Shown here: piece after piece, positions 28,901 through 40,100 of the stretch | Numbering within the stretch: position 1 is the stretch's first letter | Layout: the number at the start of each line of letters is the position of its first letter | Assembly (NCBI RefSeq): GCF_033026475.1 | Contig: NC_090210.1 | Location: forward strand, 20,059,894 to 20,123,893 | DNA: 64,000 nucleotides | DNA from: Channa argus | Taxonomy: Eukaryota | Direction: 5' to 3' | Translations under genes and position numbers: made by a program | Notes under the pieces: generated by a model | What the model was told of the DNA's origin: nothing | Databases searched by the model: none | Seen by the model: the letters and a program-made list of their open reading frames with translations, nothing else

Positions 28901-30718
28901 AGGCACGTTGGCAGGGAGCAGCTAAAGCACTGGAAACAGACAATCATAGTGTTGGCACAGAAAAGGGACGTTGACATTACACCCTACAGCAGATGCTTAT
29001 TGAGACTTACTGTGCTATAGATTCTGGCTACTTCCAGCCAATCAGAAGGCAGCTGGACAGCAGCACAATAGTATCTGCGGACATGAGGCTTGGTGGCGGG
29101 CTGACTGGCAGCCAGAGCCAATAAGAAGTTTGCTGTGATACAAGCATCCAACTCCTGTCGAGCATAAATTGCCACCTGCACAGGGGAAAAGAACAAACAC
29201 AGGGTAAATATTCTTGTATACCTTTTGGCTTCTTTGCTTCTTTACATTCCCTACTATACCAGTTTAATTTAGCTGTGTTAGTATATCTGATGTGAAAGTA
29301 GAGTCCACGAAAATCTTGCATAAAGATGCTATAATAACATTCCATGGTTTTAAAAGAGGTTGGCCACAATTTGCATAGGAAAATGGAACTTGTGCTGCAA
29401 ATTAAAAGGCTACAAATGTTTACAACCCAAGGTCAAAAGTCTAAAACTAAAAGTCAAAAACTAAAATCAAAGTGAACTCATGTCTTCTGGTGTTGAACTT
29501 AACTAAACCAAATTATAATTTGAAACCTTACAGCACCTGGAAACTGATGTCTGTATTAGACTTAGCCCTGATCAACATGGAGACATACTTTTATTTTCAG
29601 ACATGAATACACACCTTGAGAAGAAACTCTGGGTCAGAGACAGAAATGTCTTTTGCTAGGTTTGTGATCCTGGTCCAAAGACTGTTCTCCGAGTCCCAGT
29701 CCTGCTGGCCTGGAACTGTGATCTTATTGACCAGGGAGCAACACACTGCATTCAGCAGGAGATACTGAAGGGAAACACAAACAAGTATTTGTTCAAAACT
29801 AAGTGGAGTCGCCTGAACCTAGACACAAAACATGCAAACTCGAATATTTTGTTAGCTCTGATAGAGATAAACTGTTGTTGCCTCTGCTACCTTTTTATCC
29901 TTCAGCTTCTCTTCAATCTTTTCCTTCGCATTATCAAACTTAGCAAATTCCTCCTGTCTGACAATCATAGTTGGTTGTCGTTCATGGTTGGCAGATGCTG
30001 TTTCCAGCACAGGTAATTCGATAGTTGAACCAGCATCTTCCACCTTTCTCTCCTCTTCAGACAAAACGTCCTCTTCCCCAGAATACAGCTATGAGATGAC
30101 AAAGAATTTAGTCTGTCAAACATTTTAAGTAATGTATCAGTAGCTCAGGTTAGACACAACAAATGATTAAAGACCGAAAATAAAGAATATTTCATGCACC
30201 ACACTTGTGTCTTCAAAAGAGGACTGCATCAGTTCAGACATTTCCTCTCTGCTTTTGTCTCCTCCATCGTCCCTCTTCTGTTCTCCACTCAGCCCATGAT
30301 GGAGGAATGAAGGAGAACGAGCATGGTGACCATGCAGAGCACTGCTGGCCAGGGAAGTGGAAAGCAGAGAATCTTTCGGGATAGAAGAAGTCCAGGAAAA
30401 ACAGAGATGTGGTGGATTTTGTTTTAGGAGCTTGTTTTGGGTAGAGAGGAGGGGTGAAGTGAGAGAATGTGATGAAGTGGTGGAAAGAAGGGAGGATGAG
30501 GTGGAAGACAGGCTAGTGGGCTGGAGAGAAGAGGAGGAGGAAGGCTGCACTGCAAGTTGTATAAGTGGAGAGGGGGGCTGGGTCATTAGCGTAGAGGTCT
30601 GACTTAAAAATCTATTATCCAGATTTGGAGGAGTGCAGCTGGAAGAAAAACGTCTCCAACACATGTCCTGCCGCTGCTGGTGTTGCTGCTCTCCCTGGGC
30701 CATGTCAGCGTGCTGCAT
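1582..30718 (-). CDS. tep1: tep1 paralogue A (telomerase/vault-associated protein 1; TROVE-DUF4062-NACHT-WD40). This is the gene span of a multi-exon minus-strand gene. The stop is at 1582-1584. The start codon is provisionally at 30716-30718.
   Basis: Minus-strand ORF fragments from high to low coordinates reproduce TEP1 in order. There is an S-rich N-terminal exon at 30167-30718. The motif VAIYARQELD...RRYYCAAVQLPSDWLEVARIY lies at 29028-29196, and LPTCLKKAMADKFKQFSEHQLAKYN at 28759-28977. The TROVE exons are RLHIKEPAEHV (about 27480-27620), RYPADL...LKEPETWEHLLSRKGNNAATWEKIIG (26493-26650) and [14 protein letters not shown] (about 25700-25830). Further matches are RYRKALETAVQISCDYNVPPLPGRTIIV at 23330-23520 and the DUF4062 exon at 19600-19891. 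The run continues with SYPCEWGHV at about 17560-17650, the NACHT Walker A GGPGEGKTVFM at 17219-17407 and Walker B LVLLVDGVELIRD at about 16330-16400. WD40 exons carry GH and WD dipeptides from about 10250 down to the terminal exon at 1582-1716. Splice sites with AG/GT flanks were read directly at several exons. Confidence 0.85.
2118..2170. repeat. Near-perfect palindrome with roughly 24-bp arms (ctgtatagtccagtttttgacccc / ggggccaaaactggactatacag) in the last intron of tep1-A
   Basis: The arms are direct reverse complements with one mismatch and a 2-nt spacer (ag). Confidence 0.8.
2474..2578 (-). CDS. tep1: tep1-A penultimate WD40 exon (AHSDRISVLKITDSTIISASYDRTVKLWDRTTKKR)
   Basis: The exon has a CAG acceptor and a GTACAT donor. 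It is 105 nt long and phase 0 at both ends. It corresponds to the mammalian TEP1 sequence HSGSVTALHVL...TASKDRDVKLWERP. Confidence 0.8.
2648..2730 (-). CDS. tep1: tep1-A WD40 exon (..DFVVCGDVNGNVWFNHPPEVSLWKNIRM)
   Basis: The exon has a TTTTTAG acceptor and a GTAAGA donor. It is 83 nt long and separated from the next exon by a 69-bp intron. Confidence 0.75.
4300..4790 (-). mobile_element. Fragment of a DIRS/Ngaro-type tyrosine-recombinase retroelement in a tep1-A intron
   Basis: The minus-strand ORFs at 4344-4604 and 4567-4782 encode ...SWAFFRGTSIQDICAAASWVSPHTFARFNRLDV... This matches the highly repeated teleost motif GVSLQDICxAAxWSSPHTFxRFY found at the C-terminus of tyrosine recombinases. 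Confidence 0.55.
7884..7940. repeat. (CA)n/(GT)n microsatellite with about 28 units. It lies immediately upstream, in minus-strand sense, of the acceptor of a tep1-A WD40 exon.
   Basis: An uninterrupted acacac... run is visible in the sequence. The WD40 exon VFSDPAALCVAVSGDYASVGYHAKGIKLFSLDSGV begins about 40 bp downstream on the minus strand. Confidence 0.95.
10351..11690 (+). mobile_element. Tc1/mariner-like DNA transposon remnant in a tep1-A intron. Its transposase ORF is degenerate and frameshifted.
   Basis: The terminal inverted repeats are tacaaccccaattcc... at 10351 and ...aaattggggttgta at 11675-11687. The internal plus-strand frames give transposase-like sequence. Examples are ...QNVPQHKIAKTMKI..STVYNIFKRF..., ...LLWSDESKIEIVFGNHG..., ...MVWGCISAYGVGG.HIWIGTINAEM... 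and a DDE-region FQGRTMLNHML. Confidence 0.8.
17219..17407 (-). CDS. tep1: tep1-A NACHT exon carrying Walker A/P-loop (EDDMVEAVADVTEQEVHHRALHQQFLGRAKLMSGAVELVEQVQVEGGMVLVEGGPGEGKTVFM)
   Basis: The acceptor ctgactgccag and the donor GTAAAT were read from the sequence. The exon is 189 nt and phase 0. It contains the GxxGxGKT motif. Confidence 0.8.
19600..19891 (-). CDS. tep1: tep1-A DUF4062 exon (WQCVRVFISSTFGDMYAERDVLARSVFPELRRRAASHCLYLQEVELRWGLTEVELDRATNLCLSEVCSSQMMVGILGERYGPELPKPFLPDLPQYSWV)
   Basis: The acceptor tctgtctccag and the donor GTAAGA were read directly. The exon is 292 nt. It matches the mammalian TEP1 segment [21 protein letters not shown]...LRWGVTEEE...VGILGSRYG. Confidence 0.85.
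22020..22720. mobile_element. Second Tc1-like transposon fragment in a tep1-A intron
   Basis: The fragment contains Tc1-type end motifs (ggggatgcaaacttttgcactg; gtaagcggatgcaaactttttccactc). It also has a stretch like actttggtctcattagagcacacaatcatgttccaaa, which is typical of Tc1 elements. No intact ORF is present. Confidence 0.5.
26493..26650 (-). CDS. tep1: tep1-A TROVE-domain exon (YPADLTAFNHSGMKGVWDKERAGQRMMLKEPETWEHLLSRKGNNAATWEKIIG)
   Basis: The acceptor tttattgcag and the donor ATAG|GTCTGA are both conserved in copy B. The exon joins in phase to the next exon, [14 protein letters not shown]. It matches the mammalian TEP1 sequence [46 protein letters not shown]. Confidence 0.8.
26785..27010 (-). 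mobile_element. tRNA-derived SINE copy in a tep1-A intron
   Basis: The copy is the reverse complement of the SINE consensus seen at 62450 and 63210. It has ccatcggtgtatgagtgtgtg, gtgtccttgagcaagacactgaaccc and a ggttcgatcc B-box. Confidence 0.65.
30167..30718 (-). CDS. tep1: tep1-A putative first coding exon. It is a serine-rich low-complexity N-terminal region that opens MQHADMAQGEQQ.
   Basis: This is a long minus-strand ORF with an in-frame TGA four codons upstream of the ATG. A possible acceptor (tttttctacag) sits immediately upstream, so a 5'-UTR exon or an alternative start cannot be excluded. Confidence 0.5.
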   Translation of the reverse strand: MQHADMAQGEQQHQQRQDMCWRRFSSSCTPPNLDNRFLSQTSTLMTQPPSPLIQLAVQPSSSSSLQPTSLSSTSSSLLSTTSSHSLTSPLLSTQNKLLKQNPPHLCFSWTSSIPKDSLLSTSLASSALHGHHARSPSFLHHGLSGEQKRDDGGDKSREEMSELMQSSFEDTSVVHEIFFIFGL

Positions 30719-33700
30719 AGAGAGCCCTCATCTCTGTAGAAAAACACATCAAAGGGTTAAAGCCTCTCCTCTCAGTCAAATGTTCCAAATTTCACAATCT
30801 ATAACAGCAATAAAGATCAGCAGCTCAGCGGCTCTCCTTCAACTGTTTGAACAAGCACTGTGCTATTGTAAAGGGCGTGTTGTTCAATTGATAGCATCCA
30901 TAAAACAGGAGCAAAGTCTACAAATGGTCAGAAAATGGTCAAACAGGCCTCACAGAGTTTTCACAGAAACAAGGGAGGCCACTGTATATCAAAAGAATTG
31001 AAAACATTTAAAACCCATGAACCATAGGAAATATCGAATACAGCCGTGTAACTGAGTCGAGTGCTTGTCAAATGCTGCTGGCAGGGCACGAGAACCAAAC
31101 ATGAACATTGGGCTTGGCTGCAAACCAGATACGTAGCTCCAATTGTTGTGAGAATAAATACTAGACATTGAAAACCATTGAAATTAGCTATTGATTGTGA
31201 TCATTTTCAAATCAAATGTGCCAAATGCTTCCTAAATTCACAAATATTAGGATAGGACAGGATGCTGTTACTGTCAATGAAATGTCTTTTGGAATTTGAT
31301 GTGTACGACAGAAAACCTGAAGATGGTGTTTGAGTGTCTTTTATTTTTTTTAATTATTTGTTACATTTTGTAGATCAAGTAAAAAATAAACTGAAGATAA
31401 ATAACGGTCAGTTAGCTAAAGTTACTGTGTACTGCTAGACTTTTCTTTGTGTCAAGAATATTGAGATAAATGTAAATGTGATAAAGCTGGTGTAAATAAG
31501 CTGTTTAACTTTGAGAAAGAGTCACATGAATGATTTAAAGTCAAAACAGCCCATAGATTTAACTGCCACAACTGAACTAATCTCAAATGAGACATTATCA
31601 TTGGATAACGAGACATTTTCTACTGGTTAGCTTTGAGCTACCTGCATGGGATTTAGAAAACTCACCACAAAACCCACAATTTAAACTTCACAGGCAGCTG
31701 ACTTGGTGATCAAGTCTTCTGGTGCATGTTACATTTTAATATACTATAGCATTAGCATCAGCTTGTAAAACCTTGCAAAGCCAAGTGTGGCTTCTGATTT
31801 AGTTTATTTCCTTATACAGCTCCAGCTCAGCTTCTCATGTGTGAACTCTGATTGGTCAGTATTTTATGCATTTTACCGTAATAGCAGATATAAGTGTGCC
31901 TCCAAATAATAAGAAAATATTTCTCTATTTTTCAAAATTGAGAAAACTTTATTGATCCCATAGGGAAATTGTGTTGCCTTGTTACAGCTGCTCTCCACGT
32001 GGAAAGTATAAATTATTATAACACTGAATCTAAAAAAAAAAAAAAAAGTGGGCCCGTCTATCTCTTACCACATTTGACTCACTTCACTAACTCACCTGGA
32101 ACCAAGCTGACTGGTTAGGATTTTAATACAAATACCAAATTTCTTTCCCTGTCTCACGTCTTCCTTACTTCCAGGCCGTTTCTAGACTTATTTCTTTCAT
32201 TTCATATTTCATTTATATATATATAGACGTATAGAACAACACACAACGTATCACCGTTAGTATTAAATTCCACAAAATGTAGATGAGCAAAATTATTCAC
32301 AATCACAGTATGATTAGCAGGTGTTTCCTACCCAGATGTTTTCTGTGAGACCGATTGTCTAAACCATAAACAGGCTTAAGTCTAAATGACTGATTTAGGT
32401 TTTGGCCTTGAATTTTACCTGTTATTTAAGCTTTACTCCACGGGCAGAACACAACCGCTTTTTATTCTAAAGTTAAAATGTTTGCTGACTGCGGTGATAA
32501 TGCCACCTGATTCAAAATTGAAGAAAAATGACCCAGTGAATTGTGGTTGGTGATACAGACCAGAGTGGAATCCCAACCATAGAGTCCTACCAAAAACTGG
32601 GTATACCACGTTTATGGTGTTTGTCCTCAGCTTCACCAGAAAGTTTTTTTTTTTTAATGCCGATTATGTTCCAAAAATTATGCTTCTGTCATGTCAGGCC
32701 ATTTGAGAGAGTGTAATCATATAAGACATGACACATTTGTCCATGGTCCATCAACCACTCTGTCATGTCAAAATTGAAAACAAGCATGACAACTAATCTA
32801 ATAAAACAGCAAACCGCGATAAAAACTGGTCAGATAAGTTACCAAAGCCATCGGTCCTTATGTTATTATTGAGAGGATCTTTTTTTTAGGGTTTGAAATT
32901 AATGTTATTAAGGCTTCGGTCATTGTTAAGCCTCGAGACATAAGGGAGATTCAAAGGAATCTTTGTTCACATTTAAGAAAAAAAAAATACTACCATCTAA
33001 AAATAGTGTAATATCAAAAAAGGTGTATATACATGACATATTACTTTCCTATTTACCATTCCTATTTATTGAATTGAGGATTATAATGTTCAATGAATGT
33101 GTTCTTTTTTGGGGGGGTGGACATTGCTTATTTTCTTTTAAACATAATAATAATAATTTTAATAATTTTTTTGTAAATATAATAAGGCTGAAATAAATTT
33201 CCTGGGATATCCAATTTAGTTCGTGATTAAATAGGAGGGGTTGTGAGGCGCTAGTGTTAGTGTTTTTCAAAAGTCTCTTGTATTTACGTTTTGTTAAATA
33301 TGGATAATTTTACATCAGGATCCACAGGGAATGGATAGTAACTGAAATTCAACCATCTGAGAAGTTTTGTATAAGCTGTTTTCTAATTTAAAATTCTAGT
33401 TTTAAAAGCAAATTGCCCCAGCTGTCAGATAAGTGAATGTAGCAAGTGTAGTAGCCTGTTTCATCGTGAAATGTAATGGAAGTACAATAGAAGATGTTAT
33501 ATGATGAATTGACACTGTACACGTAGGCCATTGATGTCTGACAATTAAACAGATCCACATTTTGTCATTTAGTCTTTTTAAAACATGAAACCAAGCAACA
33601 AAGTCTCAACTGCACATAATTAAATGCCAATGTAACGCTCATATTTTTTCCTAAACCCATTTTCACAATTCAAGTGATGTCATGTCCCACATTCACATTT

Positions 33701-33999
33701 TCATTCCATCATATCTTTTAAATAAAAAACCCAATGATAAGTTCATCTCACACAAAACTATAAATGATTTTTTAAAGCATGTCATTTTTTTGATTTAAAT
33801 TAAAAGCGCATCTAAATATGACGTGAGCAAAGCTTTACAACTTTACTCTATTGTCCTTGTTGCACAGCAGGAGTAGATTTTTGTTTAATGCATACTCAAA
33901 GAAGTGAAAAAGAAGCAAAACATTTATGAGAATCTTTGGTTAGTATAGCAATTAAGTGATTTTCCTAAATCACAAATTTCCTGTGCAAGACCTAGAGGA

Positions 34000-34119
34000 T
34001 TATTCCTTCCAGGAGAGAAAGTAGAGTTTTCCCTGTCCATCAGCACAAACCATTTTAGTGGGTTTTTCAGGATTGACCTCCAGAACTAGAACAGGACCTG
34101 CACATACAAACATACCAAT
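34000..34119 (-). CDS. tep1: tep1-B terminal coding exon (IGMFVCAGPVLVLEVNPEKPTKMVCADGQGKLYFLSWKE*). The TAA stop is at 34000-34002.
   Basis: The acceptor ctctctctcccccctcccctattag runs directly out of the (CT)n tract. The exon is 120 nt and in frame, and it is homologous to the terminal exon of copy A. Confidence 0.8.
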   Translation of the reverse strand: MGMFVCAGPVLVLEVNPEKPTKMVCADGQGKLYFLSWKE

Positions 34120-34133
34120 CTAATAGGGGAGGG

Positions 34134-34176
<43 letters not shown>

Positions 34177-37100
34177 GAGAAAGGTGGGGCAGAAAGTGTA
34201 AAAAGAAACCGTTAATGAAAGACAGACAGAACCGAACAACTTGAAGGCAATGAAAGCATCTCAGTAAACATATAGAAGAAATAAAAGTGTAAAACAGGTT
34301 TACACTTGTTTTATGTCATTACTGAAATGGGTGTAAATAGGACATTTAGAGGGAACTAATATCAGCAAAGATTAACTTATGTTATGAAAATGCTGTCTCT
34401 CCTTTTTTTGTGGGACAACAACCAAGGCCTTAAAAAACTGTTAGATTCGTGAATGTTTGGACCTTTGAAAAGAAATTGTAAAGACAATATTTGTCTTAAT
34501 CTTTCTGTACATTCTCAGTTAATGACCTACAAATGGCAGGTAAGCTAATGTTACTCTGGAAGTTATGATAGTTAACATTTAGCTGGGTCAGTTAGAAAAA
34601 TGTAAAAGATCAATACTCAGTAAGATTTGATTATCAACATAATAACTTTAATATTACAGTGCACCTGTTTCTTGGTGTTTCTGTCCCACAGCTTCACTGT
34701 TCTGTCATGGGAGGCTGAGATTATGGTGCTGTCAGTCAGTTTCAGCACACTGATCCTGTCACTGTGAGCCTGAGGATAAAGCATCATCATCATCATTGGA
34801 AACACCAGAAAGTACAGCCCTACCTCAGAGTAAAAGCAAAATGTATCATTGTTTTGAATTTGTCCTTTGTATTTGTCCCTTAAATAAAAATATACTCATC
34901 CTGTTTGTCGGTGGCCCATAGAGACAAAACAAGAGTGAAAAAATTTCAGGATATTTCACAAAACTATATTTTAGGAAACAACATTTCACAAAACAGGACA
35001 ACATTTCAGGAAAAATAGGGACAACACTGCTCACCCCTGACTGGAGTGGATCCAGTTTAAGGTACTAAACCCTCAATGGTTTTTTAGGACTTTGTAAAGC
35101 TTTGAGATGTTTTCAGGTAAACAAAAATAACCATGTAGATGTTGAATATGTTATCATTTTATCCTATATAAGCCAATTTGGAATATTGCTTAGAGATTTT
35201 ATTAATGTGAGACTCGCATAATGGGTGGAGATGACCAGGCCATTTCAGAAGCTCCAGCCGGAGTTCTGTTATGACAGACAGCAGCCTCTTTTGAGCTACT
35301 GTTGTCTTGAAATATGTTACAGTATCATTTCTTTTGAAAGGAAAATCGGGTGTTGGAGTTAAGACATATATTGCTGTTCGTTTTTCTGAAAGGAATACAC
35401 ATTTTTTTGGACATTACATTCTGTTGACTTCGATGTGCTTATGACGTTTGCAGAATGGCTTTCACCATAATAAATCAATCAATCATAATGCATAAATAGA
35501 CCTATATTAAGGGAAATTAAACAAAGCAGGAGGTTTACAGTAAATAAGCTACACTACAGACAGCATCAGTTTGTTCTTCTACCCTAAAAACATTGGTTTA
35601 GCAGTTAATTGATATTATTTTGCCACTTTAACTCTGAGCTGTAGATGTATTTAAGTGCAGTCAGCTGATACGTCTTTGGGAGTTTCAATTTGGCAGACAG
35701 CTAGGTGATCTCTGCCAGCATGTGGGTCCTCACGTCAACAAAAACCTCCACAATTTCCAAATAGATATTATTTGGATAAAATGACCACATTCTCAACAGC
35801 TACAAGGTTATTTTCTCACCTGAAAACATTTTAAAGCTTCATAAAGTCCCTAAATAGCAGTGCTAGTGGGAAAAGTGTAACATCTATGAGCCTGGTTCCC
35901 ATGGATGCGAGGAAGGGTCTGCTTCCTTATACTGACGCAAATCCTGATTGATTTTGGTCGAGCAAGGTTGTTTTCTTTAATTCAAAATATTTTGTTTACT
36001 GAAATGCGGTTTGTTTTGCAAAATGTGTTCTCATGTTATCTGAAATACTTTGTGTGTTGCTGAAATGTTGTGGTTTGTTGTGTTTTGAAATGTGTTTTGT
36101 ACCCACAGACCACACATTTGTGCTGTAGAGTTCAACATTTCTTACAGGTCTTCTGCTGCTCCATGATGAAAGATCTGGAGGCTGATTGAACCACATGTTG
36201 CCCCTTACATCTCCACACACCACAAGCTCTGCAAGAACATGAAACATTTCATATTCACAAAATAAATAAGTAAAACCTGGCACGAACGGAAGAAGTAGTA
36301 ACTGATTGAGTGATGATTGTAACTGCAGTTGGTTTCTACCTTGGTCCACTGTTACAGCTGTTATCAGGCTCATCTTCTTTTCTACATCGTCACTCTGTAG
36401 ATGCATAGAGCTCAAAAGTGCATTCAATCCAATTTTGGGGCCCATTGCAAACTAAGCAAAAAAAAAAGGGGGAGAGGCGCATAAAATTATATTTGTTGAA
36501 AACAAAACACTATGTTGCACAAAACAATTAAGCAAAATAATTAAGCTTAAAAAAGCTTAATTAAGCTTAAGACAGGTAGTATAAAATCTAATAAATATTC
36601 CTAATGATATATTACTAAATAAATGGACCCTAGAGCCTCATTAGGAGCAGAAAACTCATGGATAGAACAAACTACTGAAAATGCATAACAGTGGACCTCC
36701 CAGTCCTATGTATAAATATGTATATGTAGAGTATATGTAGGTCATTTCTCCTGACAGCCCACAAAGTGATATTAAAACATTTAAAAACAAATGATCTGTA
36801 CAGGAAAAAAAAAGGAATTGAACACTTTAAATGTCTTCTTAAGTCTTTTATGAGAGGACTGAAGTTTTCAAGACATGCAGATATCCAATTTAGGGGTTGA
36901 GTAGCGGGTTGATTAAAACTCACACTGAAGCCAATGGCAACTTCTCCATTTTGCTCGCCCACCAGCCATATGCTGTTCACACTGTTACGGACAAACCCCA
37001 AAATTCTGACGCAATTCATCCAACTGCATAAAGAAAAACAGAAAAGGCACTTCAGAGCTGGGTGTAGTCATTTTGTTCCAGAGAGAGAACAGAGCTGAAA

Positions 37101-40100
37101 TTAATGTGAATAGACGTTGTCTTTAGACTCAGGAAAGCGGGGCCTCGCCCAAGTTGTTTTCAGCAGGGAAGGAGACCTGCAAACGTGGACTGGGGGATAT
37201 TGTCACATGGTGAAAGGAACTCCTTAACCAAATGACATGTCCTTTTAGTGGAAAATAAAATGTCAGTTTATTAGGTACACCTGGGTGAAACTATGCAGTC
37301 AATCCAGCAGTGTTGCAGTAACGAAGGTGATAAAATGTTTAGTTTGTGTTCAAACTGCAGGCTGCAGCTTTATACAGACAGGAGATTCTGTTATTTAATT
37401 TATACTCATTGATGTACTAAACTGGTATGATTCAGGCCAATAAAGTTAAGTCTCGGTTTCTCATTTTCTCGTGATAAGATAATTTCTCGGGAAAACAAAG
37501 TTTGTTTTCTTGTGATAAGTAGATCATTTTCCAAAATCCAAATTACAATAAAGTCCATTTAATTTTCTGCTTCATTGTGTTTATATTATGTTACTGAGAT
37601 AAATTATTCTCCCTTGAACCACCAGCAGGGGCCAGGTCTAACCTTAAGGGCATTCACTGCCCTATTATTCTGACATTGTATTCTGAGATATTCTGACTCA
37701 TGGAACAAGTCCATCCAGTTTACATTTTGCCACCACCTGGTTCAGAGGTTTTATCCTGAAAAGGCTTTACAGCACTTTTGATATTGTTATATTACAACAC
37801 GAGCGAGTAGAAGACTGATAAAGCATTGGATTGGTGTAGGCTAATAATAAACAACATCACATCATGCAGAGAGTTATGTTCTTAGTTCTCACAATCACGG
37901 GGTATCAGTTTCCTTTAATATGGTCTCTATGTGGAAAAATGTTGTGGTGCTGCATGAGTGGTTGTTTCCATTACTTTCTTTAACCTAAGATTGGGAGCAG
38001 CAAGTATAATAAGGCATGGACAAGAAACACTATTCAGTGGATCACACAACAATAAAAGCTATGATGCTACATTGTTTCACGCAACATAACTTTAAAAACT
38101 AACCATAATCCCGAAAGTCTAAAAAACCTAGACAGGGATTTCGGAACATGCTGCACAGTATATCGTGTTACCTAGAGTCTACGAACTTCCAATCATCTTC
38201 ATCATTCTTTGTCACGTCAAATATTGTTCCATCTTCTGAAATACCAATCAGGATAGTGTAGTAGGCAAGGTAGGCCACTTGTTTTATCACTTTGTATGTT
38301 TTTATCTTCCGCAGGCTGAAACAAAGAATACAGGAGAACTAGTTACTTCCCAGAATCAAACTCATAACATTGTTTACCTTCCTAAGCCTCAATTCACTTT
38401 CATTACACTGCTGAGTTATTGACACCCAGCAGAGTTTTTGGTTGAGTTTTAAAATGTCTACAACAAGCTTGGTCAAAATGTGCACAATGTGTATGAAATA
38501 ATCCTCCTTACTCTCAACTTTGAAATAGATTATCCACTCAACTTGGAGCAATGTAAAATGTATTAAATATAATTAGCTTCAGTTTAGTCATTTTTTTTGT
38601 CCCCACCATGCAATCATTATACTAACTGCTAACCCTTTAAGGGGTTGCTGGGTGCAAGAAGCAACGCCAGCTGTCACTGGATGAATGGCAGGGTAGACTG
38701 TATACAGGTTGGCACTCTGGCTTAGGGCAGACACACAGAACTGAAAAGACAAACAATCACTGGACATTGTACACATTTGTGGCAGCTTAGCATTGGATTG
38801 CTTTGTTGTTGTTTACCTCGCACTGCACTGTTGTTGATTCCACACCAGCTTCCACACATCAACACAACATTTCCCGTAGCCGACAGCAAACTGGCTGGCG
38901 GGCATGGAGCAGATCGCTGTAATAGTGCTGCCTAAAGCCTAAGACACAAACAAACGGGAGGTTTGATTGTACAAAAACGCATCTTCAGTTTAAATTGGTT
39001 TTCTTAAGCATTTCCTCACCTGCTTGTGACCAGCCACTCTGTTGTTGTGCCACAATTCCAGTAAACCAGATTCATAACCAGCAAGAAGCAAATCATCTTT
39101 TTGACAGAAGCAAAGAGCAGTGACACAGTCTATCAGAGTCGGATGACTCTCTGCAAAGAAAAGGCAGAATTTAGACCTGAACTGAACACCAAAAATCAGG
39201 CACAACATTATGACCAAGCGTTAGTGGAGTCGTACTGCAGTGCATTATAAGTGGTTCTAAAGTTTTGGTCACCCAAATTTTGTTTAAATCGGGTGGCCAA
39301 AATATTGGCGGCAGTGGCTCAGTTGGTAGAGTGGCCGCCTACCGACCATAGGGTCGGAGGTTCACACCCTGCTCTGAACACCCAACAGCCCATCCCCATC
39401 CGTATTGTCACTTTTCTGACAGTTTCAACTTAAAAACTGAGAAATTATAACCTTGTAAAAAAGGAATTCATGGCAGAGCTACTGTACCAGATTGCATTAA
39501 ATTGTACAATTGGTCATAATGTTAAGCCTGGTCAGTGTATACTGTATGATGATCAAAGACACACAATTTCCATTTTAGATCTTTTGCTAAAAAAAACATT
39601 TTCATGTGGAAAGCTAACTATGAATTTTAATGGGTTCTTGTAGATGGCAGCAAGTTGATCACGTTAATAGCAGTGAAAAATAGGAGTCATGGTGGTAATT
39701 AAGTACAGGTAGAATACACAGCACTACCTGTTGTCCATGTCCAACATCGCAATGAGCAGTCTTCAGAAACAGTGAGGAACTCTGGGATTCCTTTTTTACA
39801 AGCCACTTTATTAACTGCACCACTGTGACCCTGAATCGTGTTGAAGTGCTCCACCTGTGACGATACAAAATGTGAGGCATGACGCAAAAGCAGAAAAATA
39901 CGTAGTTTTCTGCTCTGCATTTAGGCTACAACTAGGATCACAGATCAGAGAAAATAGGTGAATAGAATTTATAGAAGCTGAGAGCCTATAGAACATATGA
40001 CTAAAGAGAAAACAAAACCCTAATAGGACAAATCTGACATAATATGACAAATATTTTCATGAACTGGGAACAAACAGACCTGCAGTGGTTTCCAAAGCTG

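Noticed and set aside
30719-33999. Looked for a promoter, CpG island or extra gene in the 3.3-kb gap between the copies.
   Set aside because: The gap is AT-rich with no CpG enrichment, no conserved ORF and no recognisable core-promoter signal that I can support from sequence alone. It should also contain the copy B 3' UTR, but the poly(A) signal position is ambiguous.
39310-39385. Possible tRNA genes at 39310 and 63213. Both have a GCTCAGTTGGTAGAG A-box and a GGTTC..CC B-box.
   Set aside because: The acceptor stems cannot base-pair and the anticodon arms do not fold. Each sequence runs on into SINE body sequence. I call them SINE heads, not tRNA genes.
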